Of a DNA stretch of 64,000 bases, positions 20,478 to 29,338 are shown one piece after another (within the stretch, counting starts at the first letter, position 1; every line of letters starts with the position of its first letter). The stretch lies in the IMG/VR virus record IMGVR_UViG_2799112923_000001; one strand, given 5' to 3'. The notes beneath the pieces are model-generated. The model worked only from the letters and a program-made list of their open reading frames with translations. It had not been told where the DNA came from and made no database searches. The position numbers and the translations under genes were made by a program. Origin of the DNA: a virus (lineage: Duplodnaviria > Heunggongvirae > Uroviricota > Caudoviricetes).

Positions 20478-21842
20478 ATGAAATTTGAACAATTTTTAAA
20501 TGAAAAATTAGCAGACGATTTAACACCATCCCAAATGGATTACTATTGGAAAGCAATCCACGCATATAACTCCTGGAAAAAGAACCAAAAGAACTCTATG
20601 AAAGTCAAGAATATGTTATCTTTCATACTTATGAATTTTAACCTAGATGACCGTGCTACAGCTAAAATTACAAATCTTAAAAATACAGTAGATGAATATA
20701 TTCAAAATGGTAATTTGGTTATAGCACCAATCAAACATAGAGAAAAGAAAGAAGAAGAACCTGAAACCAAGCAAGAAGTAACTATTGACGAAACTGAGTA
20801 CCAGACTATTGAGATAGATAAAGAATTTTGCGAGAAAGCATTTGATAAATTCAATCAAAAGTATTTTGAAAATAAACTTGCTAAAATACCATTTGAAATA
20901 AAATCTATTGGTGGTGGTATTGAAGGTCAATTCGCATTTACTGTTAATTATAGAGATAAAAAATTTGACCCAATTTGTATTAGAATTAATAAAAAAGATG
21001 ACTGGACTTTATCTTCATTTAGAAATACATTAGTCCACGAAATGCTTCACTATTATGTTCACTGCTATAATAATGGATTAACTGAAGAAGATTGGCAATC
21101 AGCATTCTTTTATTTAATTCGTGGTAAAAAACGCAAAGCAAATTCAATCCTAGAAGTAACTGATGCTACATGCCACGGTGGTATTTGGTTGAAATTAGCA
21201 AAAGAATTAAATAAGAGATATACTGAACTATGTATCACTAGAAATGGATTCGTTAGTTATCGTGCTGAAACAGATAAAGTAAAAGTCATTAACCAACTAA
21301 AAGACGCATACGCAGTAGAATTACTTTATATGGGTTCTACTAAATTCCCAAGATATAGATTAGTTAATAAAGAACAACTTGATAAAATAATGAGTTTTAT
21401 TAAAGAAAGTCCAACTGTTAAAGTAGATGAATATGGTAGTCTTGATTATACAGACCCAACAACTAATTTTATTTCGGATTTAAGTATTAGTTATCGTAAT
21501 CCAAATGATTTTACAGATGTTTATGCAGCTCAAATTGTAAATCCTGTTCCATTAGCAGAATTTCCAATTAGAGATATAGAAAAGGAACCTTATGCTATGG
21601 GTAAAGAAGAATGGAAACAAATGAATCACACATCAGCTTTCGGAAAATTCAAGAAACTCGGTGAAATCAAAATTAAAACAAAAGAAAACGAAAGTAAAGA
21701 AGAAACCAATTTCTTAAACTGGTTAAATGAAAAAACACAAAAGAAATGGGATATTGAAAAATTGAAAGCATTAGGATTAACTGACGAAGAAATAGAAAAA
21801 TTACTATCCGGTGATGTGGAAGAACAATGTACTATTGAATAA
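20478..21842 (+). CDS. SprT-like zinc metalloprotease
   Basis: FNQKYF..KL, TLVHEMLHYY, HG..W..LA..LN. Confidence 0.8.
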   Translation: MKFEQFLNEKLADDLTPSQMDYYWKAIHAYNSWKKNQKNSMKVKNMLSFILMNFNLDDRATAKITNLKNTVDEYIQNGNLVIAPIKHREKKEEEPETKQEVTIDETEYQTIEIDKEFCEKAFDKFNQKYFENKLAKIPFEIKSIGGGIEGQFAFTVNYRDKKFDPICIRINKKDDWTLSSFRNTLVHEMLHYYVHCYNNGLTEEDWQSAFFYLIRGKKRKANSILEVTDATCHGGIWLKLAKELNKRYTELCITRNGFVSYRAETDKVKVINQLKDAYAVELLYMGSTKFPRYRLVNKEQLDKIMSFIKESPTVKVDEYGSLDYTDPTTNFISDLSISYRNPNDFTDVYAAQIVNPVPLAEFPIRDIEKEPYAMGKEEWKQMNHTSAFGKFKKLGEIKIKTKENESKEETNFLNWLNEKTQKKWDIEKLKALGLTDEEIEKLLSGDVEEQCTIE

Positions 21843-21908
21843 TGTAAACAAAATTTTACATAAAATTGGCAGTTGTCTATTGACAACTGCTTTTTATTTT
21901 ACTATATT
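21843..21908 (+). promoter_or_regulatory. sigma70-type promoter with upstream TGTAA-N8-TTACA palindrome (first of about 18 copies)
   Basis: TGTAAACAAAATTTTACA, 19 nt, TTGACA, 17 nt, TATATT. Confidence 0.8.
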
Positions 21909-21932
21909 ATATAGTGTAAAAGAGAGGTAACT

Positions 21933-22298
21933 ATGAACACATACACACACAAAGAATTGGTTGAACTTATGAGAAAGCAGATTACTACTAGCCCGAAGAA
22001 GGCTATTGCTGCGTTACTTAGAATTTACGAAAACCAGCGTGTAGATGAAAAGAGTTATCGTTCTGTATATTACAAAAATGGTATTGGTTTCAAACCCCAG
22101 GATGTGAGAGTCCTTTCTAGTATGGCTGAACAGGCTATCCATAACAAGAAAATGGAAAAAGAAAATTTGCTCACAGAAAAGCAAATTAAATGGCTCCTGA
22201 AATTGATTGGCAAATATGCTGGTCAGTTGGTGGATGGCTCTATTGCTGAAGGCAAAATCGTTAAGCTCCAAAAGGGCAAATTCATTGTAAACAAGTAA
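21933..22298 (+). CDS. Hypothetical protein
   Basis: GAGGT RBS after promoter. Confidence 0.75.
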   Translation: MNTYTHKELVELMRKQITTSPKKAIAALLRIYENQRVDEKSYRSVYYKNGIGFKPQDVRVLSSMAEQAIHNKKMEKENLLTEKQIKWLLKLIGKYAGQLVDGSIAEGKIVKLQKGKFIVNK

Positions 22299-22314
22299 TT
22301 ACAAAGGTACAACT

Positions 22315-22563
22315 ATGAAAATTACAGAACTCACTGCGGAAAATCTTGAAAATGCTAAAACTGGTGATATTATCGTAACCCCGCATAAGGGCGAATACAA
22401 GATTGAACAGGTGTACAATGGTGTTTGGCTCTATAAGAATGGCGAAATTGTTTATCGTGATTATGCCGACAATTATGTATGGTCAGCCAAAGAAAACACC
22501 AACACAGCTCGTTTACATTTTATGTACGAAATTCTCGCTCGTTGGGCTAATCGTAATTGGTAA
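22315..22563 (+). CDS. Hypothetical protein
   Basis: AAGGT RBS. Confidence 0.65.
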   Translation: MKITELTAENLENAKTGDIIVTPHKGEYKIEQVYNGVWLYKNGEIVYRDYADNYVWSAKENTNTARLHFMYEILARWANRNW

Positions 22564-22574
22564 TGGAGGTAACT

Positions 22575-22865
22575 ATGTTAAGAGATTACATTTTTGAAAT
22601 CAAAAATAAAATCAATGAAATCAATTTCTGTTTAGACGAAAACCAGGATCCAGTTTACTGGAAATGGACTGGAACAGATGCGGAATTAGACAAAATCGTC
22701 TATGAAGATTACGAAGGTTTAATTGATTTTGCGTATGAAAAGCAAATCAGTGTAGCATCAATTTCCCACGAAATTGTTCAGCGTATCGTTGAAGATAAAA
22801 AGGGATTGGAAGATTTGAAAGACGCAGCAGAAATCGTTAAAGAAATCAAGGCTCACTATTTGTAA
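22575..22865 (+). CDS. Hypothetical protein
   Basis: GGAGGT RBS. Confidence 0.7.
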   Translation: MLRDYIFEIKNKINEINFCLDENQDPVYWKWTGTDAELDKIVYEDYEGLIDFAYEKQISVASISHEIVQRIVEDKKGLEDLKDAAEIVKEIKAHYL

Positions 22866-22948
22866 ACAAAAATTTACAAAGTGACCCATTGACAAACTTC
22901 AATTTATAAACTATAATTGTGTATGAAAACTCAAAAACGAGGTACTAA

Positions 22949-23335
22949 ATGGTTACAGAAGGACTAGAACGATTTAATAAAATCGTAGATATTTGTGGAT
23001 TGTATGTTCCCGAAGAGGGAAAGAAAATTCTACAGGACCCAGAACGAATGAAGAATGAAGCCGTTTGTGCGTATGTGAACGAAGAAGCATTCACGAATAA
23101 CGCAGGCTATATCATTTCTGTAATTGACGAATGTGTTTACGCATGTTTGGAAACTGTGGAAGATTTAAAGACCCGTGGTGGTTTTACCAAAGAATTTTGT
23201 TTTAACGGTTGTTTCCCTGCGTGGACTTATACCGATGAAATGCTCATTGAACATATTGGTGACCTGTGTGTAGAATATAAGAAACACGCATCCAATAAGG
23301 CTCTCAAATCTTTGCAGGAAGATTTTGACGATTAA
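22949..23335 (+). CDS. Hypothetical protein, DF-tail family
   Basis: Own promoter and RBS; ends KALKSLQEDFDD. Confidence 0.7.
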   Translation: MVTEGLERFNKIVDICGLYVPEEGKKILQDPERMKNEAVCAYVNEEAFTNNAGYIISVIDECVYACLETVEDLKTRGGFTKEFCFNGCFPAWTYTDEMLIEHIGDLCVEYKKHASNKALKSLQEDFDD

Positions 23336-23427
23336 ATGTAAAAATCTTTTTACAAAGTGAACCATTGACAAAACAAAAATTAAAAACTAAAATTGGAAAC
23401 ATTCACAACAAACAAAGAGGTACAAAA

Positions 23428-23643
23428 ATGAAGAAATTTAAGATTACTAACACTGCCACCAATGAAACCCGTGAATTTGGTGTGCCCGATAATGCTACTG
23501 ACCAGGAATACGATGCCATGAAGGAAATCGTTATCGCAGGTCTTCAGGGCAATAACGAAATTGGTAATATCAAGATTGAATTGATTGACGCTCCTGACGA
23601 AATCAAGGAACGATATATTATCAACCCGGATTGTGATGGTTAG
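23428..23643 (+). CDS. Hypothetical protein
   Basis: GAGGT RBS after promoter. Confidence 0.65.
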   Translation: MKKFKITNTATNETREFGVPDNATDQEYDAMKEIVIAGLQGNNEIGNIKIELIDAPDEIKERYIINPDCDG

Positions 23644-23762
23644 TTTGTAAAAATCATTTTACAAAATTACCCATTGACAAAACGAAAAACAAAATCTAAA
23701 ATTTCACTTGTGATTTTTAACTAATATCAACTAACCATAAACAAAAAGGAAAAAAATAAATT

Positions 23763-24971
23763 ATGGATATTGCAACTCTCAAATCAGTACTCGCAGCAAC
23801 TCCTTCCACTCACACCATTATGTTGAAGGGCCCTCATGGTATCGGTAAGACCGAAGTCATTCGTTGGCTCGCAAAGAATGTATGGCATCAGGATTGTGTG
23901 GAATTCCAGGCATCCCAGATCTCCGACGTGGGTGACTTGATTGGTCTGCCACGCATCAATTCCGAAACCGGTGAAACCGAGTTCGTTCCTCCATATTGGT
24001 ATAAGAAGGACGAAAATGGTAATCCACTTCCCGTCACTCTTTTCCTTGACGAAATCAACCGTGGTACTACCCTCGTCACCAATGCTATGATGCAGCTTGG
24101 CCTTGACCATCGCATTTTGAATTTCAAGCTGGCTCCAGGTTCGCACGTCATTTGTGCTATCAATCCGGGTGACGATGGCAATTATGATGTTGAAGAATTT
24201 GACCCGGCAAAGATGGACCGTTTCGTGGTCTATAACTTTACCCCAACTGTTCAGGAATGGCTTGATTGGGCTACTGAGTCTGGCGTGAACTCCGTTGTAA
24301 CTGGCTACATCTCCCAGTACTCCGGCGACCTTGACCCATACTCCAATGCCGCAGCTAGTAAGACTGCTAGCAAGAGCTTTGATGGTATTCTTCCATCCCG
24401 CCGTACGTGGACTCATTTCGCTGCGTTCCTTGATATGGCATCCGAAAAGGGATTGTTTGATGGCAATAAGGGTTTGGGTATTCTCCAGGAATCTTGTGCC
24501 GGTTATGTGGGGCAGGCTATCGCAGCCAAATTCAAGACCTACTATGCTCAGCATGGTACTGGTATGGATGCTAAGGCTCTAATGGAATCCAAGAACTTTG
24601 AAAAGGATTTCGGAAAGAAGGTAGAAGGTCTTTGTAAGAAATCCAAGATTGAAGCGGTCCAGTTGGGTCAGTCTGTCTGCCAGTATCTCCATGAACAGGA
24701 AGGCAAGATGGGCACTCCTGATAATCCAACGGAATTGGCTCACAAGTATGCTGACAATTTCTACTATTTCTTGACTCACCTGCAGAAAGAAATTCAGGTA
24801 GAAGTTTACACCAACGCAGTCGCTACGGCTCGTGAACGCAAGCAGAAGTGGACTAAACTCATTGGAAAATCTTGCACCATCAAGGTGAAGGACGAAAAGA
24901 GCGGCGAACAGGTTAATGCTCTCAATGCTCTCTACATTTCCATTGTTCGTATTCAGAACGAATTTAACTAA
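23763..24971 (+). CDS. MoxR-like AAA+ ATPase
   Basis: Walker A GPHGIGKT, DLIGLP, Walker B LFLDEINR, AINP, DPA..DRF. Confidence 0.9.
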   Translation: MDIATLKSVLAATPSTHTIMLKGPHGIGKTEVIRWLAKNVWHQDCVEFQASQISDVGDLIGLPRINSETGETEFVPPYWYKKDENGNPLPVTLFLDEINRGTTLVTNAMMQLGLDHRILNFKLAPGSHVICAINPGDDGNYDVEEFDPAKMDRFVVYNFTPTVQEWLDWATESGVNSVVTGYISQYSGDLDPYSNAAASKTASKSFDGILPSRRTWTHFAAFLDMASEKGLFDGNKGLGILQESCAGYVGQAIAAKFKTYYAQHGTGMDAKALMESKNFEKDFGKKVEGLCKKSKIEAVQLGQSVCQYLHEQEGKMGTPDNPTELAHKYADNFYYFLTHLQKEIQVEVYTNAVATARERKQKWTKLIGKSCTIKVKDEKSGEQVNALNALYISIVRIQNEFN

Positions 24972-25173
24972 TTTCTTTATGGTGGTTGAGGGTGGTTTTC
25001 TCTCAAATGGGAAAACCACCTTTTTTCTTCCAAAACTTCGCAGTGACGAAGTAAGAATTAGTTAAATCGTTCTTTTGTTAATTTTATTTTACATAACTTG
25101 GGTTGACAACAATTAACAATTTTACTAAATTATCGTTAGATTGATAAACAATGCTATATAAGAGGTACAAATT

Positions 25174-26691
25174 ATGGCAAATTCTATTACTCAAACTACC
25201 AATGAAGTCATTGGTCTAACCAAACAAGAACTGGCGGAATTTTACAAGTCCGACAAGCAGGCGTATGATAACGCCTGGAATGAATGTAACTCAATGAGTG
25301 AACAACTCATTACATCAGCCGTAAAGTTGCTCCAATTTGAGCCGGCTATTCTCACATATTTTGGTTTGTGCGATTTGAAGCCTGTTCGTGACCCGGAGGT
25401 AACTCTCCGTCTTAATTGCCGTGGCACTGGTTCCGCTATCAATATGGAATACAACCCAATTTGGCTGAACAAGATTGAAGAATGCTCTATTCTTGCTTAC
25501 ATTATGTTTAGTGAATGTTTGCGTATCGCACTTCACCACATTACTACCCGTAAATGCTATCCCATTGAAATTTTCAAGAAGGCTAGTGATTACATTTCGT
25601 TTGCTGATAACCAGCGTTCTATTCTCAATACCCATAAGCCCGAAGTAACTCAAATGCTCCAGGAATTTCCTAGCAAGGCAAAATTCCGTCAAGAAACATC
25701 CAAAATCAAGTTTGACGAAGAACAGCATTGGTTCTTGGAAAAGGTTTTCTCTATGTTGATGGAAGTTGCCCAGTCGCAGCCACAATCCGGTAGTGGTCAA
25801 GGTCAAGGTGGACAAGGCCAGGGACAGGGACAAGGCCAAGGTAGCGGAAATGGTCAGGGTCAGGGTCAAGGACAGAATGGACAAGGTAATGGTGGTAATG
25901 GAAACCAAAACGGAAATGGTGGTGGTTCCGGTGGCAACCAACAGAAGAAGGGCGGAAGTGGTAATAATACCAAGGACGCCATCGGCGACTATTTTGACAA
26001 TTCCAAACAGGGTGCGGAAAAGGCAACAGAAGGTTGGGAAGAAAATACTCTCGTTGACCAGGAAATCCAGGAAATCACTCACCACATTGCTGAGAATGGT
26101 TCAACATGGGGTAACATTAGTGGTGGTTTGCTCCAGGCAATTCTTGCTGCTAATACTCCAAAATTTGACCCAAAGACGGTGCTAAAGAGATTCAAGGCCA
26201 ACACAGTTGATAAGTATACAGAAGATACTCGTATGCGACCAGATCGTAGAAAGGGATTTGATGTTCCAGGTAAGAAACACAAATATCGTTCTCGCATTTT
26301 GGTGGCTATTGACTGCTCCGGCTCTATGGCCGACGATGATGTTGAACGTGGTTGTGCCATTGTGAACAAATTCGTAAAACACGCTGATGTATCTTATTGC
26401 TTCTGGGATGGTGTTTGTGGTCCTTTCACCGAACAGAAACAAAAGAAAAACGAATTTAAGCTGATCGGTCGTGGCTGCACCAACCCGGAATGTGTGTTGG
26501 AAGCAATCAAGGAACGCAAGGCCAAATTTGATGGTATCATCTATTTCACCGATATGGGATTTGATTTCCCTCGTCCTGAACACATGGCGAACAAAATCTT
26601 TATGATTAGCACTCCTGGTACTGAATCATATATTCCTGAATGGGTGAAGTATCATCTTACCACCGAACAACTCTTCTCCATTGAAGAATAA
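25174..26691 (+). CDS. vWA-domain protein (DUF2201-like) with G/Q/N linker
   Basis: MIDAS AIDCSGS, GRGCT, IIYFTD; degenerate peptidase motif SECLRIALHH; adjacent to AAA. Confidence 0.85.
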   Translation: MANSITQTTNEVIGLTKQELAEFYKSDKQAYDNAWNECNSMSEQLITSAVKLLQFEPAILTYFGLCDLKPVRDPEVTLRLNCRGTGSAINMEYNPIWLNKIEECSILAYIMFSECLRIALHHITTRKCYPIEIFKKASDYISFADNQRSILNTHKPEVTQMLQEFPSKAKFRQETSKIKFDEEQHWFLEKVFSMLMEVAQSQPQSGSGQGQGGQGQGQGQGQGSGNGQGQGQGQNGQGNGGNGNQNGNGGGSGGNQQKKGGSGNNTKDAIGDYFDNSKQGAEKATEGWEENTLVDQEIQEITHHIAENGSTWGNISGGLLQAILAANTPKFDPKTVLKRFKANTVDKYTEDTRMRPDRRKGFDVPGKKHKYRSRILVAIDCSGSMADDDVERGCAIVNKFVKHADVSYCFWDGVCGPFTEQKQKKNEFKLIGRGCTNPECVLEAIKERKAKFDGIIYFTDMGFDFPRPEHMANKIFMISTPGTESYIPEWVKYHLTTEQLFSIEE

Positions 26692-26712
26692 TTAGTTTGT
26701 TGTACCTCCGTA

Positions 26713-26750
26713 AAGAGGGTCATTTGGGAAACCAGGTGGCCCTCTTTTTT
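26713..26750 (+). terminator. Intrinsic terminator
   Basis: AAGAGGGTCATTTGG-GAAA-CCAGGTGGCCCTCTTTTTT. Confidence 0.8.
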
Positions 26751-26769
26751 ACTAACAAAGGAAATAACT

Positions 26770-27228
26770 ATGGCAGTTGATAAAATAATTCAATGTTGCG
26801 AAAAAGCAATTAGAAATGGAACTAATCTCAAAGAACTATATACCAAATTTAAAGCATTGGTTGATGTGAATGGTGGGATTTTCTATTCACTTCAAATTAA
26901 GGGTAATTTACAGAATTCTCCAAATTTGTATGCTATTATAAAATTCAAAGAAGAAAATGATGGTTCTCGTTTAACTATTAATTCCCTTGATAAGTGTACG
27001 AAGTTTAAGTTCCAATATCTACCATCAGATTGGACATGTGAAAACAATCAGTTCTATCATCTATATGATATTGAAAGGGAAATAGAAAATTTAACAAAGA
27101 AGGGTTTAACATTTGAACAATTCAAAATGTTCTATTTGGGTTTAAATCGTGATTTGACCTGTTGCGAATTTTCCAAAGTGATTAAGCAACTGATTGCTCA
27201 GTTTAAACTACAAAAGGATTTCAAATAA
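26770..27228 (+). CDS. Hypothetical protein, DF-tail family
   Basis: Ends FKLQKDFK. Confidence 0.7.
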   Translation: MAVDKIIQCCEKAIRNGTNLKELYTKFKALVDVNGGIFYSLQIKGNLQNSPNLYAIIKFKEENDGSRLTINSLDKCTKFKFQYLPSDWTCENNQFYHLYDIEREIENLTKKGLTFEQFKMFYLGLNRDLTCCEFSKVIKQLIAQFKLQKDFK

Positions 27229-27493
27229 TTCTTCAGTATTCAAAAAAACTTTTTTGTTAAAATACCCATTGACAATTAGAATTTTTAATACTATATTATA
27301 TCTCGTTAAATGATTGAGAACAACCATTAAACGAAAACAGAAAAAGAGAAGTTAAATGTAAAAAACATTTTACAAAACTACCTCTTGACAATGGATTGAA
27401 AAGAATCTATATTAGTTCTCGTTGATTGGTTGAGTAATCAAGAAACAAATTTTGAAAAATAAAAATTATACATACAATATAGGAAAACAGAAA

Positions 27494-27625
27494 ATGATGT
27501 CTATTAAGAATCTACATAACATTTGCTCCGAACGAGATTGGCTCCGCGTCAATGCCAATTCAATGCAGGGTGCATTTGCAGGCATCGCCTTTATTGAATG
27601 TGGAGAGGGATTATATAGTCCGTAG
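27494..27625 (+). CDS. Putative attenuator leader peptide of tRNA cluster 1 (43 aa)
   Basis: AGGA RBS; MMSIKNLHNICSERDWLRVNANSMQGAFAGIAFIECGEGLYSP; 3' end overlaps antiterminator arm. Confidence 0.7.
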   Translation: MMSIKNLHNICSERDWLRVNANSMQGAFAGIAFIECGEGLYSP

Positions 27626-27689
27626 ATTTTATTTGTTTTTCCGGCGTAACAAATTAAATCCATTGGACTAAAATCCAATGGATTTTTTT
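27608..27689 (+). promoter_or_regulatory. Antiterminator/terminator switch before tRNA cluster 1
   Basis: Terminator AAATCCATTGGA-CTAAAA-TCCAATGGATTT+T run; alternative hairpin 27608-27637 with 27648-27676. Confidence 0.7.
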
Positions 27690-27744
27690 ATTACTCTTTT
27701 GCTGGTAAGCCAGTAGTGGAGAAACCACTTAAAAAACAAATTAT

Positions 27745-27819
27745 GGCCCTATCGTCTAGTTTTGGTTAGGACACAAGAATTTCACTCTTGAAACACCAGT
27801 TCAAATCTGGTTGGGGCTA
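27745..27819 (+). tRNA. tRNA-Glu(TTC)
   Basis: CAAGA-ATTTCAC-TCTTG anticodon arm. Confidence 0.85.
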
Positions 27820-27834
27820 CTAACAAACTAATAT

Positions 27835-27907
27835 GGTACTGTAGAATACTTGGTTAGTTCGCTGCCCTTTCAAGGCGGAAAAGAGAGTTCAAATCTCTCC
27901 AGTACTA
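27835..27907 (+). tRNA. tRNA-Glu(TTC)
   Basis: CTGCC-CTTTCAA-GGCGG. Confidence 0.9.
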
Positions 27908-27920
27908 CTAACAAATTAAT

Positions 27921-27994
27921 GGGTGTGTGGTGAAGTGGTTTAACACACCGGTCTGTCTAACCGGCATACGCGGGTCCGAATCCCGCCATACTCG
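27921..27994 (+). tRNA. tRNA-Asp(GTC)
   Basis: CCGGT-CTGTCTA-ACCGG. Confidence 0.9.
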
Positions 27995-28006
27995 CTAAAA
28001 CATTTT

Positions 28007-28080
28007 GGTTTCGTGGTGAAGTGGTCTAACACATTGGTCTGTCTAACCAACATTCGTGGGTTCAAATCCCACCGGAATCG
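28007..28080 (+). tRNA. tRNA-Asp(GTC)
   Basis: TTGGT-CTGTCTA-ACCAA. Confidence 0.9.
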
Positions 28081-28090
28081 TACAAATTAT

Positions 28091-28166
28091 GGGCTTGTAG
28101 TTCAGTCTTTGGTAGAACGCCGCACTTGCACTGCGGAGGTCATGGGTTCAAATCCCTTCAGGTCCA
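28091..28166 (+). tRNA. tRNA-Ala(TGC)
   Basis: CCGCA-CTTGCAC-TGCGG, G3:U70. Confidence 0.9.
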
Positions 28167-28181
28167 CTACATACAAATTAT

Positions 28182-28254
28182 TCCACCTTAGATCAGTTGG
28201 TAGATCAGGGCACTGTTAATGCCTTAGTCCCAGGTCCGAGTCCTGGAGGTGGAG
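28182..28254 (+). tRNA. tRNA-Asn(GTT)
   Basis: GGGCA-CTGTTAA-TGCCT. Confidence 0.9.
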
Positions 28255-28308
28255 CGAAAACAAAAAATGGTGGTAATCCACTGGTGCTGGAAGCACCTTA
28301 AAAACTTG

Positions 28309-28382
28309 GCCCTCTAATCCAAATCCAGTGATTGGACCGGACTGAAAATCCGAGAAGCTGCGGGCGGCACGCAGAGTGGGCA
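28309..28382 (+). tRNA. tRNA-Phe(GAA), atypical D and T loops
   Basis: CGGA-CTGAAAA-TCCG; T arm CTGCG-GGCGGCA-CGCAG. Confidence 0.7.
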
Positions 28383-28394
28383 CGAACAAATTAT

Positions 28395-28467
28395 TCCGGT
28401 ATAACTCAACTGGTAGAGTGTTTCCTTCATACGGAAAAAGTTGTAGGTTCAAATCCTACTACCGGGA
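28395..28467 (+). tRNA. tRNA-Met/Ile2(CAT)
   Basis: TTTCC-TTCATAC-GGAAA. Confidence 0.85.
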
Positions 28468-28479
28468 CTAACAAATTAA

Positions 28480-28555
28480 CTCTCCTTCGCCTAGCTGGTT
28501 TATGGCACCTGTCTTACAAACAGGAACAACCTTGGTTCAAATCCAAGAGGGGAGA
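28480..28555 (+). tRNA. tRNA-Val(TAC)
   Basis: CCTGT-CTTACAA-ACAGG. Confidence 0.85.
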
Positions 28556-28558
28556 TAC

Positions 28559-28629
28559 TGCCCATTGGTGTAATGGTAACACGGCTCGCTCTGACCGAGC
28601 AATCAGTAGTCCGAATCTATTATGGGCAA
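28559..28629 (+). tRNA. tRNA-Gln(CTG)
   Basis: GCTCG-CTCTGAC-CGAGC. Confidence 0.85.
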
Positions 28630-28641
28630 CGAACAAATTAT

Positions 28642-28718
28642 CGGCAACTATCTCCTCGCTCTGATAAGGCGTTGAAAGAGTAAATGGTTACATGTAGGTT
28701 CAATCCCTATGTTGCCGA
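28642..28718 (+). tRNA. Rearranged tRNA-Ile(GAT)-like RNA
   Basis: Acceptor CGGCAAC/GTTGCCG, CGCT-CTGATAA-GGCG arm, T arm present, no D arm in normal position. Confidence 0.6.
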
Positions 28719-28722
28719 CTAT

Positions 28723-28796
28723 CGCCCGGTGACGGAACTGGCATACGTGTCTGCCTTAGAAGCAGAATTTTGAGAGTTCAAATCTCTCCTGGGCGA
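28723..28796 (+). tRNA. tRNA-Leu(TAG), short variable loop
   Basis: TCTGC-CTTAGAA-GCAGA. Confidence 0.85.
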
Positions 28797-28808
28797 CTAA
28801 ACATTTTT

Positions 28809-28893
28809 GGAGGTGTGGCAGAGCGGCTTATTGCGTCGGTCCTGAAAACCGAAGATGGTAAAACATCCGTGGGTTCAAATCCTACCACCTCTT
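28809..28893 (+). tRNA. tRNA-Ser(TGA)
   Basis: TCGGT-CCTGAAA-ACCGA, long variable arm. Confidence 0.85.
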
Positions 28894-28901
28894 CTACTTA
28901 T

Positions 28902-28974
28902 ACTCTCGTAGGCTAACTGGATAAACCACTGGACTACGAATCCGGCATTGAAGGTTCAAATCCTTCCGAGAGTA
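28902..28974 (+). tRNA. tRNA-Arg(ACG)
   Basis: CTGGA-CTACGAA-TCCGG. Confidence 0.9.
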
Positions 28975-28988
28975 CGAACAAATTATTT

Positions 28989-29062
28989 GTGGCTATATCA
29001 TAGTCTGGTTAATGAGCCTGTTTACCAAACAGGTTACCTGGGTTCAAATCCCAGTAGCCACT
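28989..29062 (+). tRNA. tRNA-Gly(ACC)
   Basis: CCTGT-TTACCAA-ACAGG, U73. Confidence 0.8.
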
Positions 29063-29070
29063 TACCAAAT

Positions 29071-29159
29071 GCTTATGTGACCCGAGTCTGGCGAAGGGGG
29101 CGGTCTGCAAAACCGTTGTGTTTACAGCACCATCGTTGGTTCAAATCCAATCATAAGCT
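29071..29159 (+). tRNA. tRNA-Cys(GCA), long variable arm
   Basis: GCGGT-CTGCAAA-ACCGT, U73. Confidence 0.85.
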
Positions 29160-29163
29160 CTAT

Positions 29164-29234
29164 ATCTCATTGGTGTAACGGCAGCATGGCTGGTTCCAAC
29201 CCAGTTGGTGGGGGTTCAAATCCTTCATGAGGTG
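29164..29234 (+). tRNA. tRNA-Trp(CCA)
   Basis: GCTGG-TTCCAAC-CCAGT, G73. Confidence 0.85.
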
Positions 29235-29247
29235 CGAAAGTAAATAA

Positions 29248-29319
29248 GTCCTATTGGTGTAGCTGGAAACATGGCAGTCTTCCAAACTGGTGTCGCGGGT
29301 CCGAACCCCGCATAGGGCT
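29248..29319 (+). tRNA. tRNA-Gly(TCC)
   Basis: CAGT-CTTCCAA-ACTG, U73. Confidence 0.85.
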
Positions 29320-29338
29320 CTACAAACAAACTATCATC

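Noticed and set aside
21843-23700. CRISPR array
   Set aside because: The recurring sequences are promoter palindromes separated by genes, not repeat-spacer units
28013-29178. ORF-track proteins over tRNA cluster 1 and similar ORFs at 44131, 45406, 48125, 49844, 62347
   Set aside because: Shadow frames over RNA genes, without RBS
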